Positions 12,201-22,823 of a stretch of DNA of 64,000 bases are shown in pieces. The notes beneath the pieces were generated by a model. That model was given only the letters and a program-made list of their open reading frames with translations, was not told where the DNA came from and ran no database searches. This DNA is from Tubiluchus corallicola. Taxonomy: Eukaryota > Animalia > Priapulida. The position numbers and the translations under genes were made by a program. The DNA lies in the NCBI GenBank assembly GCA_030141605.1, contig JAQGDQ010000187.1, positions 356,532 to 420,531 of the forward strand. The letters run 5' to 3'. Each line of letters starts with the position of its first letter. The stretch's first letter is position 1.

Positions 12201-15200
12201 ATTTTTGTAATTTCATGCAACTATTAAGCTTCAAGCTAAAACATAGTTATTAAAACTTTTTTAATCTTTTAAATAAAGTAATCTTTAAAGGTTCATACAA
12301 TTGCACTGAAAATTGACTTTTGGCACGATTCTTAAAGAACATCAGACATGACAAGTAATAATTCTGTTTCTTTAGAAGACATTTTTGTGCACTACTTCAG
12401 ATTCATTTTATATGGAAGCAGCAGCACTAATATCCTGTTTATGTTTATTCTTAGCTGCATCACAATTTGCAATTAATTTACTGGGAAGCCTATCAAATTG
12501 ACATTTGAATGCCAAATTTATCTCCGATCTTATTACAATTTGCAGAAGAAACTTAATAACTGTTTCCTTTTACTGAATTAATTTAACCGAAAAGTCATTA
12601 CATTTACCCTTTTCATACTTATTTTCCATTTTCATAACCACTTGCAATGTCTGTTAGGTTATTATTATTACTGTTGTTTTAATGTTTTCAATTTAATGAT
12701 ATTTTCAATTCTATTACCATAAGCTTTATTAACAGCATTAAATCTATTGTACCGCTATTATTTATTTATATATGCCTTGCCTGTAACAGGTCTTTCTGTA
12801 CAATTTTAATACATTATTTATTTAGTGTCTTTTCATTGTTTTTGCAGACATTAATATGCTGTAATTTTAAGTTGAGTTGTTTTTGCAGACATTAAAATGC
12901 TGTAATTCTAAGCTGAGTTCTATTAGGAATGATGCTTCCGCCTTGCTATATCTGCTAACGAGGAGTAATTTTGAGTACACAGGTGCGAGGAACTTCACCA
13001 GGGTACATTTACAGGTAACAGCTTACCTCCAGTAATTTGGAATATTAAACTTACGTGAAAAGTCGGTGAAATTTGATATCATTAGTGTGATTTTATTGTT
13101 AGTAATATGTGAATGCAGAATAAATTATTTAGCAGTTTTAGAACATTACAAAGAAATAAAGCTATCACGTTTCGGTTATTTTATATAGGAATTGTGCATC
13201 TATTGCAACTATTTGGTATTCTCGTCTTGACGTAAATCCAGTTACTCAAGTAGCTGGTGGAAATTCACATCATAATTAGTATTCATTTGTCTTCATACAA
13301 CTTTGTTTACAAGATTTAGAAATGTATATTGCATGTTACTTGTTTAATACAGAGGCATGTATTCAAGTTCTTTGCTCGAAGATGTTATGTAAGCTACTTA
13401 AAAGACTTAAAATTTTTTGTGTTGTCTTATATAGTCTTTATGTGAAGAAGTTATAAAAAATTATGCTTTATACATGCTAATAACTTTACAGGAATTTGGT
13501 TTAAAAATACTTTTGCAAGATATTGTTAGATATACGTTTCACAGCACTGCAATAAATTCTTGATTTCTAGACAATTGTATCAGTGTCACAACTGCTAGGT
13601 GACTCCATCAACTTAAATAATGAGCGATTCCGTGAAAGCCTTTCCAACATTAACAATTATGCAATCAGTGACAAAGCTATGAAGGTAAAAGATCAGTTTT
13701 AATACTTTTTCAGTATTTTTATTTCTAAGAAATTATTTAAGGTTGATTTGCAACTAAAAGTCCTCAGTTAAAGCTTACATTTTTTAACTTTCATAAGATG
13801 TTCATCTGATCTCTTAATTTTAGTTTCTCATTGCCCGGAAATGATTAACAACAGTTTTTGTTACCAAACTTTCAAAACCATAGTTACATTCGATTATATA
13901 GCATTATGTATATTTTCTTATATCTATGTCACTGTACAACTTGTTTTGTTTACTCAGCATTTCTGTTGGTATTTACATTATAATGCTGCTATTATTTAAC
14001 TTCAAATTAAAATCGCAATTGTGATGCAAGTTGATTTAATTATTCTCTTTGTTTGCCTTGTTGTTTGCCTGTCTATTTAAGGGTGTTCTAAAATTATTTT
14101 GAACTAAATACTGTAATATATTAGCTAGAAACTAAAAAAGGTTTACAACATAAGTGTGTTTTGAAATAAATTTTTATTGTATGTACATAAACCTAATAAA
14201 TTTATGTAGCTTACATTAGTTGTTAAAATGTTCTAACAAAGTGAATTTTATGTAGAGCACACCATTTCCGTCAGAAGTTAAAGACCTAACGAAACGTATT
14301 CGGACAGTTCTTGAAGCAACGGCACAGGTATGGTGCAACAGTAAAATGTTTATATCATTATGGTGTAAGTGTTGTAATAATAAATGTTTTTTTTTCTATT
14401 TAAATGATTGTCTGAAAATTCCAGTAACTTGTGATTTCTAACTGCAACTTGTATTGGTATATGCTATTTATGGAAAGCAACACAATTGTTAAGCTGACAC
14501 AGACTATGAAGAAGCGCTTCATAAAGCAGAATAAAGGCTCAACACTATGACTACCCACTGCCTCGCTTGCATGTAAAAGCTTGTTCTAGTTAAATAATTT
14601 TGCTTTTTGCTGACGAGCTCTCTTGCTGGGTACTACGTTTTTTATTATTATATATATTGAATAACAATCTGTATATACATATGTATATTATTATTATTTT
14701 CTAGATGAAGGAACATGAGAACGATCCAGAAATGTTGGTAGATCTGCAGTACAGTCTAGCAAATTCTTATGCGAGCACACCTGAACTACGCCTGACGTGG
14801 CTTGAAAACATGGCACGCATCCACGTTAAGGATGGAAATCTTTCTGAGGCTGCACACTGTCATGTACATATTGCAGCATTAGTTGCTGAGTACCTGAAAA
14901 GAAAGGGTATTAAAAAATTCTTTCACTAAGCAAGCTACTAATATAAGTAATAGACTAACTTAAAATACATTAATGATTTTAATCTAGAGTTTCTTTTGAC
15001 ATTTCTGTGTTTAATGAACAAGTGGAGCGGGCCTGCAACAGAGCCATTCTTTCCTATATTAAAGAACAAGTTACAGCTTAATATTCTTAACATTTTAAGT
15101 TGTATTTTCTTCACTAGCATAAGTTAATGTTATTGCAATTATAATACAGTTGTGGTGGTTTCAATTTTACTAGCTTGCAGTCTATTAGTAATGCGTACAA

Positions 15201-18200
15201 TTTGGTTTGTAAGAACTCGTGTAAGTGATCCTACAATAATATTTAGTAGTAAGGCTTTGGAAAATTTAGATATCGCTGTATAAAAGATGAGATAGAGTTG
15301 AAAAGAAAAAACACTACAGTGAAGTAGTTAAAACAAGAAAAAATAGTATGAAATAGCAGCAGTATGTAGCTAAGTGTGATGACTTAGTATGTGATGCTGA
15401 AAACATTTATGAAAAATGTATATGGATTATAAAAGCATAATTCTTATTACCACTGATACATGTAAACCAGAAAGTAAGAGTATGATGTACAGTATATGGT
15501 CTGTACTAATTAATTCATATAACATTTTAGAAAATATCTGTAAATTTGTGGTAATCTCGTATTTAATTTGTAGGAATTTTTCCACAAGGTTGTGCAGCTT
15601 TTGGTACAATTTCACCTAATATTGTGCGTGATGAGTCTAATATGAAGGATGATGCTGGCATGCAAGATGTGCAGTACACTGAGGTTAGATTTTAGAAAAT
15701 TCCTCTATAATAGTATTTGATGTAATAAATTAGTTCAAATTAGGAAAGTGCTGATTTTGAATTCAACTTTGTTTAAGTGTTGCTAGTACCAGTAAACAAC
15801 CATATTCTGTTTTTTAGGACACTTTGCAAGAAAAATTAGAGATGTGTGCTTACACTCTGGATCAAGCTGAAAGATGGGAAGTAATGGGCGAAGTTTACAA
15901 ACTTATCATACCCATACATGAGAAACATAGAAATTACAGGGTAAGTTAATATCTCTATTTGTTTTTATGTAATTATAAATTTAATCGTATCATGCATATG
16001 AAGTAAATTAAAAAGGCTGAAAAACATTCTTGTGGATTTTAATTATCCATATCTTCTATAGTCCAGGCGATTATACTAACCATTACACCACTGTAAACAT
16101 TTTATTGTAAAAACTACCACTTGCAAATTATTTAGTTAAACACTAAATAGGCAAACTATACATAATAAGCTGCAAATTAATAAATTTTAATTTATTCCAT
16201 AACTGAAAAGTGATTGTTTTCAACTGTGTTTATTTTCTGTGATAGGCTCTAGCTGAAGCATACCATCAGCTCCACTTGGGATACAATAAAATTGTGAGCG
16301 TCATGCAGTCTGGCAAACGTCTGTTGGGTACATTTTTCAAAGTAGCTTTTTATGGATCGGTAAAGCTCTTTTTTATATAGCAGAAGCTACTAATCAACTC
16401 ATTATTCTAGTAATGTTGCCATAGCCAAAACTGTTTCATTACCAAATATGTTCCTCTATAATCAAACACTAAACCAGCTAAGGTGTCTTAGTTATGCTGT
16501 GATGTATATACGTCCTGCCTAAAAAATAGAAAGTATGGTTGGTGAAACTGCCTAGAAGATTGAGCACCTTTATTCATCAGGTAATGTGATACTTAACTTT
16601 GGTTGTTAGGCATACACTTTAACCACCCATTTATTCAACTACCCGTTGCTTATGTGGTTTTTCATACAGTGTGGAATTTGTATTATAATGTGGAGTCTTC
16701 AATGTGTCAATTTGTTAATCTTAAGGGTGTTAAAATGTTGATATATGAGTGAATTTCACTCATATGAATGAGAGTTGAATTCTCGTTATTTTTTTCTTTA
16801 TTGCATAATTTTGTGCGAAAAATCATAGAAGAAAAAATTGTAAAACATGTTTAAGATTATATGATTTTTGTGTTATACAATTTGTTTCTCAACTTTTCTG
16901 TTCAGTGCTATATTAAATTATGTTCAAAATGAGTGCTCATTGACATGAAAAAAATCACTGTAGGTGGCTTTATTATCACATAGCATTTAATTATGGAATA
17001 ATTGCTAGCTGTTCTTTCCCACTTGATAAATTGCTATTTAGAAGGTGGTAACTGACATTTTATATGTGCTTGTATTAATTAAAGAATAATGTGCACCTAT
17101 GTGCATTTTTACTGAAAAAACATAAAATATACATATACCTTATTATTTCATTTTGTGTTACATTGCTTAATTAATATTGTTGAGATAAAAACCTATGTTA
17201 TGTTTCAAACAAGATGAAATGAGAAAAGCTTTTTAAAAGATGATGTAAATATCTAATAACTGAATTATTCATTGTTTTCCCAAATATTTCAGTTGTTCGA
17301 AGCAGATGACAGACGCGAGTACATCTATAAAGAGCCAAAACTTACTAGGTTGTCTGAAATTTCCGAACGCCTAGAAAAATTGTACACAGATAAATTCAGC
17401 AAGGACACAGTCAAAATCTTGGACTCCAGCTTTGTATGTATTGTATCTTGCGCATTGAGAATATGCTACATTAAGACATGTAGCATGTCTGCATTTTCTA
17501 TGCTGTATTGATCTTCCTTTAGAAAAGTGTGTTATTGATACATCTTTATTTGTGAATGCCAGTGTGGCTCAATATCTACAACTTTCTAAACATTCTGTAA
17601 ACAACATTTTTCTGAAAGTTTGCCATTGTTGAGAAGTGCTAAAAAGCTTTTTACATTACTATCAAGAATATATACAAAATTGGATTAAAGATGCTATTTA
17701 ATGGATTTATTTAAAGATACATTTAATAGATATGTACTGCTTCTTTTTCATTGTATTGATTTTGCAAGGTTTACGAAACTGAAATGTAAAATGTGTTGAT
17801 ATACTATTTATTCAGTTGTTATTGCATTGATGGTGTAACCTAATACAAGCAGCAGTGTTTATACTTGAGTATAAATGCTAACTTGGATGATATATAATTG
17901 TATATTTAGACCAGAAAACTTGCCAGAAAAATTTAGTTTAACTAGAAAATATCCTTTACTGATCCGTATTGCGTGTGATGCTTAATCACTTTCAGTAAAG
18001 GCTATCATGACAGTCGAGATATTATTTGGTAATAGAGAACTTGGTTTATTCATTTGTTTATGTTGTTTATTTGATATCTATTAGTCATTTTTATATGTGT
18101 TACAAATTTATATTTAGATTGAGCCGACTGAGTTGGACCCAAAGTATGCATACATTCAGATATCTTTTGTTACGCCATACTTTAAGGACGATGATGAAGA

Positions 18201-21200
18201 GAGAATAACAGATTTTGAAAAGAGTAACAATATTAGACATTTCATGTATGAAACCCCATTCACACTGGATGGTACGAAGAGTAGGGGTTCCTTGGAAGAG
18301 CAATGCAAGAGAAGAACGATACTCACTAGTAAATAAAACACTACTTTTTTAGAATATGTTAATTATAAGTTTTGCATCTGCGGAATTTATATAGGATGCC
18401 GAATATATTTAGGAGGCCGACTACTGCATATCATAGCAGACACTAAATTTTTACTCTAGAGTTATTTTAGCGTGACTGTATTTACCCTAAGCAGCACACC
18501 TTCAGCAATGTATTAGCAAAGAAAGAAATGTTAGTATAACAGCTGAATACACTTTTATTTTACTTAAGTTTCTCACTACAAAATTCCTAAAATCACTGTT
18601 ACGTATATCAAACAAAGAAACAAATAAGCTCTTCAATAAATTGGTTGTTGTTAATAACTAAATGACTAACAAAATTACTGGAACTAGCAGGCCTGAAGTT
18701 TCACTTCAAACTACTGTGATAGGATATCTTCAACGAAAATTTTTTGTGCAAATCATTATCTAAAGCATGATATTTAGATGCTGCAACACTGACACTAACG
18801 TGGCTGTAACTAAACTGAAACATAAAATGCATTACCCGTAATCACCATACTGTTCCAGGTAAATGACAGGCATTGACAGCATTGCAAATATAAATAAATT
18901 GAGTATTTTTTGGTATATGAAAGTCTAGCCCTCAGTTGTATGATTTCAGTTAGTTTTGGCACTATCACATTTAATTTATCTAAATAGGTTGTCTATCATT
19001 TCCTTTGCACCTTGGCATTTATGCCTAGTGTGTTTAATTATATTGTTTAATTAATCCAATATTTTTTTAGCTGCATACAGCTTTCCTTATGTAAAAAAGC
19101 GGGTGCCAGTTGAAAACGTAGAGGTTTTGGAATTATCACCGATAGAAGTTGCAATCGATGAGATGCGAAACCGTGTAATAGAGCTTAATGAGGTGATACG
19201 CATGGATCCTCCAGACATGATAAAGTTGCAACTACGCTTACAAGGAAGTGTCAGTGTGCAGGTAATTAATAATAAAGTAACCATTTTGTAAATTTAAAAA
19301 TCTATTTGCACTATTACATGCACATGCTGTCTGAACATACTCACATGTATGTGTAGTCACACTTTTTTGTTGCTGAATAGTTCTCCCATGGGAATTACTT
19401 TATTTGCATACTTTAGAATTAGTTTTTCAACTGCAAGCTAAGTATAGAACATCTCTAGAGGCGGTTGCTAATCTAGGAGCAATATGAGCCACAACAGTTT
19501 TAAAAAATTTTGCTTTGAACTTATACGTCCTTGATATGTACTGTCATCCATTAGGTCACCCCCCTCCTCCAGCGCATGCATGTTTATTTAGTCAGCATGT
19601 GCTTTGCAGTTTCTGGTAAAAGATAACACTGTGTGCCAATTGTCACTTTAGACTTACAGCAAGTGGCACTAAATAGAATTCTTGTATATTGGTATTCTCT
19701 GTTGTACATTCACACACACTGAATTTATGTAATATTTGCATTATAAAAATTAATCTGATAGATTTTTTTGCTTTTTACATTTTCAGAACGTTGAGAACTC
19801 TGTTAAACATTTTAGGTGTAATAATGATTTCCTTGTTTGTTTACAGGTACATGCTGGACCGATGGCATATTGCAACACATTTTTGGCAAAGCCTGCTGTT
19901 AATAAATATCCCACTGAGCATGTGCGAGGTTTAAAAGAGATGTTCAGGCAAGTATACAATAATGTCTTATGCAGGAACCTTTTGAAAATGTGCACGTAAT
20001 CAGTTTACAATAACTTAACTTTGTAAATTTAAGAACTGTTTATTTTTGTTGTTACAAACATGCTTCAGAGATGAGTTTGTAATGTTTTTACAGATTATTT
20101 GTACAAGCCTGCAGAGAAGCTCTGGACATCAATGAAAAACTTATTGGTGCTGAGCAGCTAGCTTACCACAAGTCCATGAAAAACAATTATAATGACATGA
20201 CTGAGAAACTTTCTGTACATATTGAAAAGGTGAGTGCCCTGCAGATAGTAAATGATCTAGTTTTGTGGCAGTTAAGTTAGGAGGTGACATTTCAAGTGTT
20301 AAATGTCAACTTCAGTGATTATTGTATGAATTAGCGGAAACTGCAGTGTCAAATTAGCAGTTTACGATGTCGAATATCATCTACTAGTGTATAACCAGTA
20401 CATGTTCATTTTACGGAAGCATTTTCGCAAGGTAAAATGTTTACATATTGTAATCATCATTGCACTGCAACAAGTTTTCTAGTAATAACTAAATATTGAA
20501 AGCTGAGTGTTTTAACGTGCTGTCTTTAAACATTTGTTACCTGAGTAACTTTTTGAATCAGGTTAGAACAACAATTGAAACTTCTGAGTAAAATGTACTA
20601 GTTTATATGGACTGCATTTGAAAAGTAATTTCTTCATCAAAGGAAAACTCAGAATGATTTCATTTACTAGGAGCATTCTATTGTCTTTTGATTTGTTTGT
20701 ACAGGCTGTGCCTAAAAATCAGCAGCCGCTCACAACAAGGAGATAGAATCCTTACTTTGATGATGATGATGTTCAGCTAATTTAACTGCTTTTTAATGTT
20801 TTTAACTCTTCGAAAGTTTTAAAAGATGAAATCATTGGCATTTAAGAAATAGTAGTATTGCAGACTCACAGTTTTGCTTCTGTGTCTTGCAAATGCACAT
20901 TTTTTTGGTTTTTGTTTTGGCTTTTACACATTTTGATATTTGAATCAATATAGTTTCTCTGTTAGTGGCATATTTGTTATATATAAATGAAAGAGGCAGG
21001 ATTAATTTTTTTCTGCAGGTATTTGGTGCGCGCCAGTCGCCTGTATGTCGTCCACCTCCTAGTGTAGCTCGTAGTCAATCTTCAAAGCCAAAGCGCCAAC
21101 TGTCTCGACGGTCACGGCCCCCACCACCCCCTCCTCCAGTAGTTCCTAAAAAATCTGCCAGTGATTCTTGTCTGGTTTCTAATGATGTGTTTTATCATCT

Positions 21201-22823
21201 GGATGGAAAACCTTCATCTCCAGAAGAGCCCGTCAGCAAACCCATAGATTCAGTTCTAGACACACTCATTCTAAAACCCTATGACATAAATGATTGTCCT
21301 GTATATGAAACTGAAGTGCAAACAATGTCAAGACCTAGTGAAACTGAATCGAGAGAAGCTGTGACTGTCACTCCGCTTAAGAAGAAAATGACAATGCTTG
21401 TGGAAGAATCAGACAGTAATGATAATGAACTAAAATTGAACACCATAAACCAAAAACAAAAAACCTCAACTACTAAAGAACCACGCTCAATTCCTGGTGT
21501 TTGTGATAGTCGACGTTTGCCTGATACATTTGCAAGTGCAACCCAGTATTGTGACAGGAAATTAAATACAGAAATAATTGATCCAGATCCAAAAAAGCCT
21601 TGTTTCTCCTTAGACCATGAAATCTTTAAGCAAAAATCACATGTATTGGGACCAGCAGGTGGTACAGAAACATTCAGCAGTGGTAAATGCGCAACAGCAT
21701 CGAGTGATTCTGATGAAGAGATAGATGAACCTGGCACACGTTTATAATGTACTAAACCTTTATGTAAATGTGTTATCGTTGTAACTGTGCCATACCATGC
21801 AGCTTGCAGTTTTAGTTCAAAGTTGAGTGGCTCGTAACATTTGAAATTTTTTATTTGTTGGGATTTGGGTTTGCCTGCTACATTTTTGTATGATTAGATG
21901 CTGTTGCTGACCTGCCTGCTGTATGTTTCTGTTGTTTTCCGTACGCTCCTTATTTTTGTCATTATAGTTTTTGCGTTTAGTTGTTCATATCTTATTGAAT
22001 TTTTATTTATAGATGTCAAAAAATAAGCACTTGGTTCCTCAAAGCCAGATGTAATTGTCAATTGAGTTTTGCTCCTTATTATTACAATAGCATTTCTTGA
22101 CGTTTCTATTTTTTAATTTTTTTAGAATGGCATTTCCCAAATATAAAGCACATAGTAACAATAGCATTAGGTTGATTTCATGAATGTTGAAGCAGTTTTT
22201 AATAAGAATAGTGTTTTGGTATTTATTAAAAGGTTTTAATTTTAAATTTTGCTGTGGGTAAATGTTTCATCAGTTGCGCTGGTTAGTCATGCTTGGCTTG
22301 ATGTTATGTTACACATTGATATTCATTATATTTGCAGCTTAGTTTTTTAAATGGATAAATGGTTACATATACATGTATGAAGTTAAAAATTTTGCATTGA
22401 TTTTATCTTGTGCCTATATTTTTCTGTATTTTTTACAATTACAACATCATTTCTTTAACATATGTCTTGCAAGAATGCTGAACAAATTTCTCTTACAAAT
22501 GTGTTCTTTCGAAGAGTGTAGTAGTTCGTGTTTCATTGTAAGTGATGAAACCCACTCTAGAGACTCTAATCACTCGTGATATCTGGCAAAGTTATAGCTG
22601 ATTTAGTCTGACTTTATCTTTATAATACCTTGTAATTGTTACTGTATACTTCATATTTTTTCAGTTAAATTTGAATTACTAGATCTGAATGACTTGGTTT
22701 TACAGTTTGTTTTGTTCCCTTTTTTAGATCTATCCAACAGAACAGAGCATGTTTTTGAAAGGAAGTCCACTACAAGTGTTCAACTACATCAGCGCTGTGA
22801 CAGGGTCATCGTCAACTGTATAA
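237..22823 (+). CDS. DOCK9: Dedicator of cytokinesis DOCK-D family GEF (DOCK9/10/11, zizimin-like), 5'-partial, multi-exon
   Basis: Phase-consistent exon chain: 237-308, 709-894, 1346-1543, 2444-2590, 2740-2823, 3349-3457, [3736-3765], 4425-4603, 4891-5099, 5442-5521, 6690-6810, 7705-7820, 8511-8631, 8760-8872, 9134-9246, 9673-9810, 11476-11532, 12889-13014, 13571-13684, 14256-14327, 14705-14906, 15574-15683, 15818-15940, 16246-16359, 17293-17433, 18118-18328, 19071-19261, 19847-19947, 20094-20229, 22728-22823. DOCK-D motifs: [132 protein letters not shown]. The symbol denotes the family (likely co-ortholog of DOCK9/10/11). Confidence 0.93.
993..1248. repeat. Two ~76-bp direct repeats 180 bp apart in a DOCK intron
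   Basis: ttgacagattcatagtgcctgattgtaagaatgt...ttagcaat at 993-1068 and 1173-1248, few mismatches. Confidence 0.85.
3736..3765 (+). CDS. Candidate 30-nt microexon of the DOCK gene ([10 protein letters not shown])
   Basis: tttttcctag|ctgatttggaaataatggaaaagctggcag|gtatgt. Phase 1-1, matching the flanking exons; no stop codon. Confidence 0.6.
5929..6075. repeat. Imperfect (TG)n/(TGCG)n microsatellite
   Basis: Directly visible. Confidence 0.9.
6992..7090. mobile_element. Degenerate copy of a TTAGGG-containing hairpin element
   Basis: ccatacacaaaaaattagtttatgaag-(ttaggg-like)n-ttgtgtgggaaattgtaaactct; same layout as 56449-56601. Confidence 0.65.
12836..12917 (+). repeat. 41-bp tandem duplication spanning a DOCK splice acceptor
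   Basis: ttgtttttgcag|acattaatatgctgtaattttaagttgag followed by ttgtttttgcag|acattaaaatgctgtaattctaagctgag. Confidence 0.9.
20705..20746 (+). CDS. Candidate alternative last exon A of DOCK ([13 protein letters not shown])
   Basis: T-rich tract ending tttgtacag; phase 0 with the exon ending at 20229; short open frame to TAG. Confidence 0.45.
   Translation, partial: AVPKNQQPLTTRR
21019..21747 (+). CDS. Candidate alternative last exon B of DOCK: 242-aa Pro/Ser-rich tail ending GTRL*
   Basis: Strong acceptor tttttttctgcag; phase 0; 729-nt open frame in AT-rich DNA; [13 protein letters not shown] motif. Confidence 0.7.
   Translation, partial: VFGARQSPVCRPPPSVARSQSSKPKRQLSRRSRPPPPPPPVVPKKSASDSCLVSNDVFYHLDGKPSSPEEPVSKPIDSVLDTLILKPYDINDCPVYETEVQTMSRPSETESREAVTVTPLKKKMTMLVEESDSNDNELKLNTINQKQKTSTTKEPRSIPGVCDSRRLPDTFASATQYCDRKLNTEIIDPDPKKPCFSLDHEIFKQKSHVLGPAGGTETFSSGKCATASSDSDEEIDEPGTRL
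22728..22823 (+). CDS. Last exon C of DOCK ([31 protein letters not shown])
   Basis: Acceptor ccctttttttag; phase 0; resembles my recollection of the vertebrate DOCK9 C-terminus (SLHIFNAIS...SSSVV). Confidence 0.75.
   Translation: MYPTEQSMFLKGSPLQVFNYISAVTGSSSTV

Noticed and set aside
9811-12835. Search for a mutually exclusive partner of the 57-nt exon 11476-11532
   Set aside because: No similar open exon with both splice sites was found by eye.
16556-16580. Possible cassette exon after VAFYGS
   Set aside because: 25 or 22 nt, not frame-preserving; weak pyrimidine tract.
21279-21737. 152-aa minus-strand ORF
   Set aside because: Antisense shadow of DOCK exon B; no motif.
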